NCBI GenBank assembly: GCA_965644295.1
Contig: CBFFRP010000385.1
Location: forward strand, 1 to 45,615
DNA: 45,615 bases
Direction: 5' to 3'
From: Paraphysomonas bandaiensis
Taxonomy: Eukaryota > Protista > Chrysophyceae
Notes under the pieces: generated by a model
The model's input: the letters and a program-made list of their open reading frames with translations, nothing else
The model's database searches: none
What the model was told of the DNA's origin: nothing
Translations under genes and position numbers: made by a program
Shown: positions 35,501 through 45,615 of the stretch, in pieces
How positions within the stretch are numbered: position 1 is the stretch's first letter
Layout of the letters: each line of letters opens with the position of its first letter

Positions 35501-37778
35501 ACAACAATACTTTCAAACTACTTACAAAAGACACGGATGTCAAATACAATTCCATAGCTTTCCACCGAGACGTTATCGATCGACATTCCTCCCAAATATT
35601 AGGCGGCAAATTACTGCTATCAATCCCGTCCGCATAAACAGAACCAGAATCAACCAAGGTAGCGCGCATCTTAGAGATTTCGTCTCTACGTTCTTCACAA
35701 CGGCAGAGCCGCTGTTTCGTTGAATCCAAATCACTGCCATTTAACGATACTAATTTTAATTCTGTGAACGGAAGAATCAAATGCACCAGTTCTACTGCGG
35801 CATTTTGAGTTAGCACTACAGATGAATAACACTCTGATATAGTTTGATATAACATCAAGTCCTCCTCGGGTGATAATTGTTGAATAGTGGTATGTCTAAA
35901 TAATCGTTTAGTATGTTTTACTCTCAACAACCGCAGCAGAGTGTGCAGTGGTAAAAGCTCAAAGTCATCTGGGCGATTGCATAAAGCAGCGAAATAAATA
36001 GGGCCGAAATAGTCGTGCAAATACTGCGCACACTTGACCGAGCCTGAAAGAATGCAGCACACCAGAGGGTTTATTCCAGTATAAAGCTTCTCTGACACTT
36101 CCTCAACTTCACTTCTATCGACCAAACGTGAAAACCAATGCTCCTTCAGAAAAATACGTAAAATATCAACATTGTCAAGCAGACAGGCAACAGCGATCGG
36201 TGAGAAAACATCATATGATATACGAGCAAGTTCTGTAATTGAACGTAATTTTCCCGAAAGGCACCAATCACGGTAACTATCTATGGAACTCTCTGACGAT
36301 TTCTGCATGGTGGAAGAGGAAATCCATACTGGTAAGTATTTATGTCCCTTAAACCTCTCTAATATACTACTCAGCATGGAGAGATCGTTGCGGAGTGCGG
36401 GGATAATCAATATTGGCACAACTGGATATGCAGAGTGCTCGTGGTCGAGAGAATTCATATTGCAGTGTTGAGTTCCAATACCACAATACGTCATCACCAG
36501 AGATATAATGCGCAAACTATTAGAAATCGCCGCATGCTGTAAACAATTCAACCAAAACAGCTCCACTGGACAACACGACTCAACAAGTGACTTGTCAGTG
36601 GAATAGTTATCAAAAGAATACCATAACCTTCTCTCACAAATAGAAGTGACTTGCTGCGAATGCAAGTACGCATATCGTGTACCCACACTAATATAATCGC
36701 CAAAGGAATCCACAATCTCTTTCAGCACTTGAGCTTTTTTGTGTTGAATAACCAGCACAATACATCGCTTTAATTCCAAAATAATATCACGCAGCTGGCA
36801 GCATATAAGACTTTCGCTGAGTAAATTATCACTGTCCCTCCTCACACACTCATTTCTAAACAGTAATCGAACGTAGTTTGCTGAACTATTTATGATGCTG
36901 ATAGCACAGTTACTGTCCAAATAAAGCATGCACTGAGTAAATAGCGTATACTCTCCAGACAATCTTGGGTGGACACATTCACTGCTCCTCTCCTCAGAGG
37001 TATTCCAGAGGTCACTATCGTCTATGCACAACAACTGTACACATTTCAGCAATTGTCGGGAAGATATAATGTTCGACCAATCTCTAGTCCGCACTGAATG
37101 TAGGAGCAGCATTAAGGGTGTCATGTTTTTATTATCTCTCATCGACCGAGACTTGACTGTGCCACAATTGCAAAGACACAAGATAGCTTCATAGCGTAAA
37201 GCAGATGCTGCGATGTGAAGTGGAGTTTTTCCATTTAAGCATGTAGAGTTTGTGCTTAACCCTTCCGCGGACAGTACAAGTATCGTATCGACAGCATCAT
37301 GGTGGGCAGCGTGATGTAATAAATTCCAGCCGAATTCATCTACAGCGTGAAGTATAGGAAAATAACTGGATGAGTACTGGCGAATAATGTGTTGCACCAT
37401 ATCACTATCATTAGCTGCAACGGCATCAAACACTGAGCGCAATGATGTCATTGTATGAACAATGAGCCCTTCCGATCCGTCAAAGGGAGGGGTAAGATTT
37501 AAGTCTCTATTAAACATATCTTTGCACAGTCTCTTCCATGTATCAGCAGGTGTGGAAGGAAACATGCAATACATAAATACATAGGCCGCTAATCCATCCC
37601 ACTCCTCAGAAAACGATCTGCGTATCGTATGCGGAGCAACCATATGCCTGGCATATCGGATTAACTTAGCTATGGACCATACAGGACACTCTATCGACTT
37701 ATTCCTGATATGATCGCATATCAGAGACACTGCCTCGTTGAAATCATTAGGGAGCAGCGTGCTCTCGTGAGCTGACAT
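29546..37778 (-). CDS. Giant ankyrin-repeat protein, ~2,728 aa, two exons (37778-33716 and 33669-29546)
   Basis: ANK motifs GWNLLHHAA, GKTPLHIAA and NMTPL at the N-terminus, GETLLHVCARRN and RPIHVSIACGH at the C-terminus. A 46-nt GTATTG...CTAA...TTGCAG intron joins the two long ORFs in frame (SKEG-FIWMMDG). Confidence 0.88.
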
Positions 37779-38160
37779 CTATCCTGCCACTAGACCTCAC
37801 CGCGGACTGATAAAGTCACTGCGTTATCATCTAGTCGAATAGCATGATAGTCTGCTGAACGCAGAGCTCTTTAACAACAAGAAATTTAAATTGTCTGAGA
37901 ATTCCTGACATTATTTTCATATCTGTGGTTTTTTGTGGAGTAGTATGCAAAAAATGCTAGTTTTTAATGCACAATAGAAAATATAGACCTTATCGCAGAA
38001 AGTTGTTGGTACTGTATTCTATACTGTATCATGGTAGTCTTATAGCTAAGATTGGGCCGGAGCTATAGCGAGGTACACATACATGCACAGCAGCATATTC
38101 TTAGCGTGTGCTTGTGTGTCATTAATCATAGGAACTTAACATGATGTTATGAAACACCAT

Positions 38161-39036
38161 ATGAATTACCACGAACCTCAGCAACCTGACCACTTCGATA
38201 ACGGAAGTCTTGATGGACCCCCATATTTTGAACGCCTTGAAACTAATGAATATATTGAGCTCCAGGAGTCACGGAGAATTATAGAGGTGTGCTGTTGTGT
38301 TCCTCGTTGACTGGATGGACTAACACACTAACACATATAACCGAATGGTTTAGGTGCTACATCACCGAGTAAGAAGTCTTGAGAATATAAGTACGGGACT
38401 GTATATCTCATCATATCATGCGTAAATAACAGTCTGGTTATCAGATATTGATTTGGAATATCGTCTTGAACAGCAGGCAAAAGCGACATTAGCCGCAGAA
38501 AGTAAGTATACTGATATTGATATGTCGTGGAGAGCGAAGTACGAAGAATTAGAAAAGGTGGTGTTTTCATGTTTATTTGCCATCGTCGTCATTTTTGAAG
38601 TAGGAGACTCTGGAGTGGCAAAATAAGTATGTCACTCAGACACAGAAAACAGAAAAATTAAGAGAACATTTGAGTCGTACGGAACGGGAGCTATATGGCA
38701 TACTACAACGGAAGTATCAATTAATGCGCGGTGGTGGTGGTGCGCCATCCGAAGGCATGGGAAGCAAAGCTGAGAGCACAACATCCGGTGGTGGAAATGT
38801 CCAAAGTTTGAAGCAAATATTATCGCGTAGCGAACAGACATCTGCTCAACAACGAACAAATTCTACTCCACTTTCTACTAATAATACTCATACCGAAGAA
38901 CTATGTGATGTGTATAAGGTATATTTGTTGACTTAACATCTGATTGCAATTGATTCATATGAATTAGAAATTACCTCCCGATATGAAGAAACGACGCTTT
39001 CTGATAGATATTGGTGATTTCTTAGGTGTATCGTAG
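38161..39036 (+). CDS. Multi-exon coiled-coil hypothetical protein
   Basis: Splices through short GT-AG introns: ELQESRRIIE|VLHHRVRSLE, DLEYRLEQQAK, LREHLSRTERELYGILQRKYQLMRG, and final KRRFLIDIGDFLGVS*. One internal junction was not resolved. Confidence 0.7.
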
Positions 39037-40139
39037 ATTTGTAATATCATGAGATCTATCTACGTTGTATTGTATAGAGAAATGGAAGCCACTGGTCTTT
39101 GTGTTGCCTTAAACATGTGTTCATGACAGTTAATAACAACGTATTTTTGTTTACGACAACATAAGTTGATAAAAGTAGTTTCTCTTCCAGTGCTTGTAGC
39201 CGCGAATAATTGACACTACTCTTAAAACTGATATGGCGCTTTGTTGAAGATCACAAAAGGTATAAGAGAAAATATTTGTTTGTGCTATCCAGGGCTAGGG
39301 CAAAACAATCCATCAATTACGGTTCTGTTAAGCTAGCTCACAATACATTCTATATTATAGTATACAGTAACTTCTACATATCAGTGGTTTCTTGATTAAT
39401 AAATATTAATTAGGACTGCATATATATTATATATTATGTAATAACCAGCTATCAGGTTATTCTATACTATATGAGCTCTGTATTGTATATACTCAAGTTT
39501 GTACATATTATTTGTGCAACATAGATTGAATATCATTATTATTGCCATATCTCACATTAAGATATATGATATATTATGACTATGACAATTCATGTTTATC
39601 ATTGATATTTACATAATCATTCAAAAGACTAAGAAGGACATGATTATCAATAATGAGACATAATGATGAAGATGATGATGGATGATATATATATATGTTC
39701 TTATTATATATATATATATATAGACTTTAAGGCTGGAGAAGTTTACTGGAGAATTCCGGGTTTGATATCCACGCTGATAGATGTGTATTGCCAGATTATC
39801 CAGTAATACAGTTATACATTACGTATTTCTTCAGTGCTTATTAGGGATTGATTGTACTTAGGAGTACACATACAAGGCTTCAACTACAATGAGAATACTG
39901 AATGTATCTTCCCTTATACAGTTGTGATGAGTTATCATGATCAACTGTGTTAGACTGATGTGTTTGGTTTGGTATTGAATATGAATGATGTTCATTCCAT
40001 TGATCACGGAATCGTAGGTAGACTTACATGTATTAATGATAATGAGATGCAATTTCTTTACTCTTGAAATTGCTTGTAGATAGTATTATTGTAGCTGTAT
40101 ACTTATATTCATTGTTAGTCATTCATATTACTGGTTACT

Positions 40140-40680
40140 ATGGATGAGGAGACTCTTGACAGAGTACGAGAGTCTGCCACATTGGATTCAGTTAGAACGA
40201 CCCTTAGGCTTATGCTGGGAGGGTTGGATACTTCTATTGTTAATGCCAATGAAGAGCAAATCCGAAATATCGGTATTGCTTTTGGCTTAAATAGTGAAGA
40301 AGTAGAGATCTTGGTATCTCAATTAACTCTCCCAATTAATCAGGGCGCGAGTTGCGTATATCGATTAATTGATTTTCAATTAATGGCAATTAATCAATTG
40401 TTATTGAAATCGTGACAGCAAACCATAATTGCATTTATATTTGACTCCAGCTTACTTCAATTAATTAATCAATAAATAATCGTTTTAGCACTAGCAAGTT
40501 GATTTATTTCACATAACACATAACATATCAGCAATATGAGCGATAACCTGGTACCTGAAGTCACTGCTCGAGTGTTCATCGAGAAAATAAATGAAAATGG
40601 CGAAGACGTTGCATTAGAGAGTTGCTGGAAATGTCGTGAGTGCCCTGTAGGAAAGGCGTTTCTAAGGATAAAGAGATGAT
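40140..40680 (+). pseudogene. Degenerate coding fragments interrupted by an AATTAAT-rich insert
   Basis: The ORF MDEETL...LPINQG runs into CAGGGCGCGA...GATTAATTGATTTT. A downstream frame reads ESCWKCRECP and then stops. Confidence 0.3.
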
Positions 40681-41857
40681 GACAGTGAGTGTCTAGAGTT
40701 AGTTCAGAATGACAACACTGCACTACGTTTGATTGATGGTAACATGCAGCAGAAGCAAGCATGTACACACAGACAGGGGGAGGGGCACAAGCTAGTGCTC
40801 AACAACACACTTGAACCACAACTGTCAAAACATTGGAATAGTTGCACTACGTATTTCTGAGCTCCAGCTGAAAGACTTATACAATACTGTTGACATTTAT
40901 AAAATAATTTAATCCTTTGTCAAAGAGCGCGAGGCAGCATCTAAAAGGGTTAAACTTGGAATAATGGAGAATATATATGCCAATAATACCACTAATCTTG
41001 TTCGTTGCTACAACCAACTTACAGCATTTATAATCCACTCTGAATTCAAGCTGACATTAATGTTATATTTCCGTTGTGTGCATCCGTCTAGTACATGTAT
41101 CATCCTATATCAAGTAACCGGAATGAGTTCACTATAAGGAGTGAACAGGTGTCAGATATATCAACATTCTGTTTGCTGGATTGTAAGGGGTATATATAAG
41201 GGCCTATTTTGATAAAAGGAAATAATTTATTAGGGTCGGTCTGATGAACACGCCCCTACAATAACATTACTCAGTGTGCTCTTCCCTCATGGATTTTACT
41301 ATTTTCGCAGGAAAGAGAACCGAAATACACTGCAAAGATGAACGCGAAGTGGCTTGAGGGTAACTGAGGTATGTCACTCATTGGCTTTCTCATTCTTTCG
41401 ATTCGAATCTTCTTGAGAGTGTGTGATCCACCGTGACAGCCAACTCATACCAATGAAGAACTGCATGACACACTATTGAGAGCTAGAAATCGATTAAACC
41501 AGACCTATTGGAAGCATCATATGAAAGTATGCCTCGCAGCCAGACTTCAAGCTAAACTGTTGTATTTTTGTAGCTTTGTAATTTCAAACTCTTAAAAGAC
41601 GGCATTTGTGCGCAAAAAACTATATTTCTAGAAATCTGTATAGAAATTGTATAGAAATTGTATGCAGTACATATTTTTGTGTAGAAGCTGGGGGCACGAC
41701 AGTATTCTAGTGTATGGTATACTGCCTTGTTCAGGGATGTACTCTGGAGACAGCAGCAGTATGAGCAGGGCAGATGTGCCATACATAGAACACGCACCAC
41801 TCAGCACTGTTGTATGGTCGGCACTGGATATATATATTCCAAGGAGAGTGTTCTAAT

Positions 41858-44111
41858 ATGATAGCATCGTCTCGGCTTTGCACGTACCTCTTACATGATG
41901 CGAGAAGTCGACAGCTTCCTCGACACATTGTAAAGCTGAGTGCCTTGACGACCAATCGCATCATCAGGAGGCACTTTCAGTCCGCTGAAGATATCAGAAA
42001 TGTTGGAATCATTGCCCACATTGATGCAGGTATGGAATACAGTGTATATGTGTTGATGTAATGTATCGTAAGGGAAAACAACTACCACTGAGCACATACT
42101 GTATACTTGTGGAGTAACGAAAGAGGTCGGGCGAGTTGATGATGGGAACACTATGATGGACTTCCTTCCACAAGAGCGTGAGAGAGGAATCACCATATCA
42201 TCTGCAGCAATTGCTTTTAATTGGAATGGTTCTACTATAAACCTTATTGATACCCCAGGGCATGTTGACTTCACTATCGAAGTTGAGCGGTCGGTTCGTG
42301 TGATGGATTCTGCAGTGGTAATACTGGATAGTGTTGCTGGCGTTCAAGCGCAAACACGCACAGTATGGAAGCAGGCAGAGAGACAATCTCTTCCAGCGAT
42401 TGTTTATATTAATAAAATGGACCGCGATGGTTCGTCCTTTACTGATTCTGTAAAGTCCCTACAGCAGAAACTGAATGTTAACCCTCTACCTATCCAAATT
42501 CCGTACTTCAAAAATGATAACTTTCACGGTGTAATTGATTTGATATCTTTCCAATCGCTTTCTTGGGAAGATTCTAACAACTCCAAGACAAGAAATGGAT
42601 TAGTGTCGGAACCTATTACCGAAGATCACCCGCAATACTCCGAAGCTGTGGAGGCTAGAGAGCGCATGTTTGAAGGACTAGCAGATGTCGATGAAGAAAT
42701 TATGGAGTTATATCTCAAGGAAGGGAGTCTTTCTATCGAGCAAGCTCTGGATAGTATTCGAAGGGCATGCATCAGCAGATCTGTGGTTCCCATCCTGTGT
42801 GGAACTTCGTTGAAGAAGAAAGGAACCGAACCTCTATTGAATGCAATTAAACATTTTTTACCTTCTCCACGGGATAGAGGTTCATGCAAAGCCCTTGATA
42901 AAAAGAAAGGAAAGGAGTTGATGGTTAAGTTGGATTCAGACGAACTCGTTGCTTTTGCATTCAAGGTGATTCATGACGTTTCGCGAGGGACACTAGTGTT
43001 TGTGCGTGTGTATTCGGGCTCTATTATGCATAGAAAACCCTTGTACAACACCTCGAAGGGTCAAAAGGATACCCCCAATCAACTTCTTAAAATTGCTGCA
43101 GACAATTTAATACAAACTGATAGAATTGACGCAGGAAATATTGGTTGTATTGTTGGACTTAAGCACACCTCTACTGGTGACACGTTAGTTCTAGGAAACA
43201 GTGGAATAAAAACGTACACATTGGATGGCTTGACAGTTCCGTCTTCGGTGTACGTGGTAGCAATTGAGCCAGAGCGCTCATCTCAGCAACAAGACTTAAC
43301 CAAGGCTCTTGATATTTTATGTTTAGAGGATCCCAGTTTGCAGTACGAAATATGCGAGGAAGGTGGGAATATATTAGTTAGAGGATTGGGCGAGCTGCAT
43401 GTGGAAATTGTGTGTGACAAATTAAGGAGGCAATTCAAAATAGACGTAAATTTGGGTGAAGCTTATGTGGCATACAGAGAAACTATTGCTGCTAGTACTC
43501 CAATTGAAAAAAGATACGTCATGGACAGATCGCTCGGTGGGAACCGCATGTTTGCAGCGATAACAATATCCCTTCAGCAAAACGACAAAATGGACTCGAC
43601 GAATGTCAATATCGATAAAGCATTGGATAAACGTTTGACCCATCAGGAGAGATATGTTTTAGCGGATGCATTTAATGCGGCTTCCGTTTCTGGAAGTCAA
43701 GGGTATCCATTGGTTGGAATGTCCATATGTATTTGCGATTTCGAAAAAGACGGAGATACAAGTGAAGGCGCTATCCGTGCTTGTGCTGCAGGACTATTGG
43801 GGTCTGTAATGAAGGAGTTAGGGACTGTCCTGCTTGAACCAGTAATGAGCATTGAAGTAGAAGTTCCAGAGATGTATGTTGGTGATGTGTTATCTGATTT
43901 GTCAGTTCGACGAAGGGCAACCATAGGAGAAATGACGTCGATAGCAGATGGTTTTTCTTCTATCACTGGAGTTGTTCCATTTGCTACTATGTTGGGATAC
44001 GCAACTGATATCAGGTCGATGACACACGGACAAGGAACGTTTTCACTTCTTTATTTAGAACACCAGCCCGTTACTTACTCAGATAGCGTTTCTCATGATG
44101 CTGATAAATAA
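41858..44111 (+). CDS. GFM2: Mitochondrial elongation factor G2 / ribosome-releasing factor 2
   Basis: Arg/Ser-rich presequence, RNVGIIAHIDAG|KTT (43-nt intron 42030-42072), ERERGITI, DTPGH, NKMD, EDPSL, GLGELH and LLEPVM. Domain IV has DRSLGG instead of the KQSGG motif of translocating EF-G. Confidence 0.88.
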
Positions 44112-44779
44112 TTTAATTTTTAGTGGTACTATATTGGTAACTGCAGCATTTTGCATAAGACAGGAAGTCTATAGTTTATTATTTGTGTATCACAAAGATT
44201 GCGTTGATTACTCAGTACATCACATGTGAACGAATCCTGCGATGTATCACAAGAATTCAACGAATCACGTAGTCCAGCTCAAACGAATAAATTAGGTGTA
44301 ACAGAATTAATGTGACCTAAGTAAATGTCAGAGAAAATTTATAGTGCATTGACGTGTTGTGCATAAGATACACACTTATACCTTATACTATGACAGCTTC
44401 ACATCATTTAAAGATTTCCGAGATATGATGAAAAACGCATTTCAAAAAACTAAGTAGACAGAGGTGAAAACTACAATTAAGCATTTCCAATTAAATACGC
44501 AACAGATTTTATCAACACTATACTGCAGTATTGTGGGAGCGATACTAAGAATGGCTAAAATATTAGTAAAAAACGAAGGGAAGGGACAAGGACAAGCCTT
44601 TTTCTACCCCAACCCCTCAAGGGGCCTCTTCTCTTCGAGTGTTTCCAATTACAACCTTCGGTTGTAATTCCTTCTCTTTGTAAGTTTAACTTATAACTTA
44701 TTATTAATAAGTTATAATTACTTTATATATTATTTATATTCTTAAATAAAATTAATAACTTTATATATTATTTATATTG

Positions 44780-44962
44780 TTATAATAAAAAGTAATATAG
44801 ATAACAAAGTAGATTTAATAAGTAGATTTAATAGTAGATATAGAGAGAGGGAAAAATTAAAATGAAAAATAATTTAAATTTGTAAAGGTTGTAAAACCCC
44901 GGGATTCTACCATAAAAACTACTTATTAAATCTACTTTGTTATCTATATGACTTTTTTATAA
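44780..44962. repeat. ~45-bp inverted repeat (44780-44825 / 44919-44962)
   Basis: ATATAGATAACAAAGTAGATTTAATAAGTAG pairs perfectly with CTACTTATTAAATCTACTTTGTTATCTATAT and extends outward with a mismatch and a small indel. Confidence 0.92.
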
Positions 44963-45100
44963 TAATGTATAATGGCAATGCTTAAAGCTCTGGAATGTAG
45001 TTGTAGTGATATAATGGCGAAGCTTTAAGCAAAAACTCATAAAACCTTGAATTCTAATTTAAATATAGAATATAATAATGTAATGCTATATTATATATAG

Positions 45101-45615
45101 ATGTCAATTTATACAAAGCCGAAAACAAGCAATAATGCCATTTTCAATGCAGAAAATCATAAACAGATTGAAACAGCAAGAGTAATATTAAATATGGCGG
45201 AATATGCAAGATTAGACAATGCTAAATTTACAGCGAATGTTGAAATCTTGAATGGTAATAACTTAACCATAAACAATGAACCCCAAACAGTTGCTTTCAC
45301 AGATTCAAAAAATAATATGTTATTAGATATAAACACAAGATTATTAAACCTCACTGGAAATGAAATACAAACATTAGACGGTATAAATACCAATGAAACT
45401 ATACAATCACAATTAGATACATTGACAGCAAGTTTTAATGGTCTTGATGCTCTCCAAGATATAGACTTAATTAATATACCGAATTTACAAACGGATGTAG
45501 CAAACTTACAAGCCCAAGATATAGCATTACAGAACAATATAAATTCTAAACATGATATAATCGATCTGAATAATAAGTTAGATTCTGGATTAGTTTATGA
45601 CTCTACATTTACTGA
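45101..45615 (+). CDS. Putative virion fibre-like protein, N-terminal 171 aa (open at the window end; absent from the ORF track)
   Basis: MSIYTKPKTSNNAIFNAENH...LTINNEPQTVAFT...LTGNEIQTLDGINTNETIQSQLDTL...LQTDVANLQAQDIALQNNINSK, with no stop codon and strongly A/T-ending codons. Confidence 0.7.
   Translation, partial: MSIYTKPKTSNNAIFNAENHKQIETARVILNMAEYARLDNAKFTANVEILNGNNLTINNEPQTVAFTDSKNNMLLDINTRLLNLTGNEIQTLDGINTNETIQSQLDTLTASFNGLDALQDIDLINIPNLQTDVANLQAQDIALQNNINSKHDIIDLNNKLDSGLVYDSTFT

Larger units (their letters stand above)
44535..45615 (+). mobile_element. Candidate end of an endogenous Polinton-like virus / virophage-type element (left boundary approximate, runs off the window)
   Basis: Abrupt shift to very AT-rich DNA, a dense cluster of hairpins and inverted/direct repeats, then an intronless Asn/Ile/Leu/Thr-rich ORF preceded by TATATTATATATAG-ATG. 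No hallmark gene is visible. Confidence 0.6.

Noticed and set aside
30534-36471. Many short plus-strand ORFs
   Set aside because: Antisense shadows of the long ankyrin gene. The same applies to the short ORFs opposite gag-pol, DENN and GFM2.
44531-44535. TTGTG matching the Copia TSD near the AT-rich element boundary
   Set aside because: A 5-mer match is expected by chance, and no LTR sequence is adjacent.
45157-45537. 126-aa minus-strand ORF in the track
   Set aside because: Antisense shadow of the plus-strand ORF starting at 45101.

Overview
Gene-dense eukaryotic nuclear DNA with very short GT-AG introns (43-51 nt in the four cases measured). A stramenopile-type protist is my guess and cannot be proven from this window. 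Left to right the host genes are: DHHC palmitoyltransferase (-), an intronless bacterial-type aldo/keto reductase (+), a SCI1-like protein (-), a DUF1868/2H-phosphoesterase-like protein (+), proteasome RPT6 (-), a katanin/VPS4-like AAA ATPase (-), a DENN protein (-), a PH protein (+), F-actin capping alpha (-), MED21 (+), a ~2,728-aa ankyrin protein (two ORFs joined by a 46-nt intron, -), a coiled-coil protein (+) and mitochondrial EF-G2/RRF2 (+). Genes left of ~17.5 kb carry many frameshifts, most likely consensus errors, whereas recognisable genes to the right read cleanly. Mobile content includes an intact, very young Ty1/Copia element (23096-28605) with 321-bp LTRs that look identical, a TTGTG target-site duplication, non-canonical TG...TA ends and a start codon inside the LTR, plus at least two MITE-like repeat families. 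At the right edge is an abrupt AT-rich, hairpin-dense segment followed by an intronless virion-fibre-like ORF that the ORF track missed. It looks like the end of an endogenous Polinton-like virus or virophage, although no hallmark gene is inside the window.
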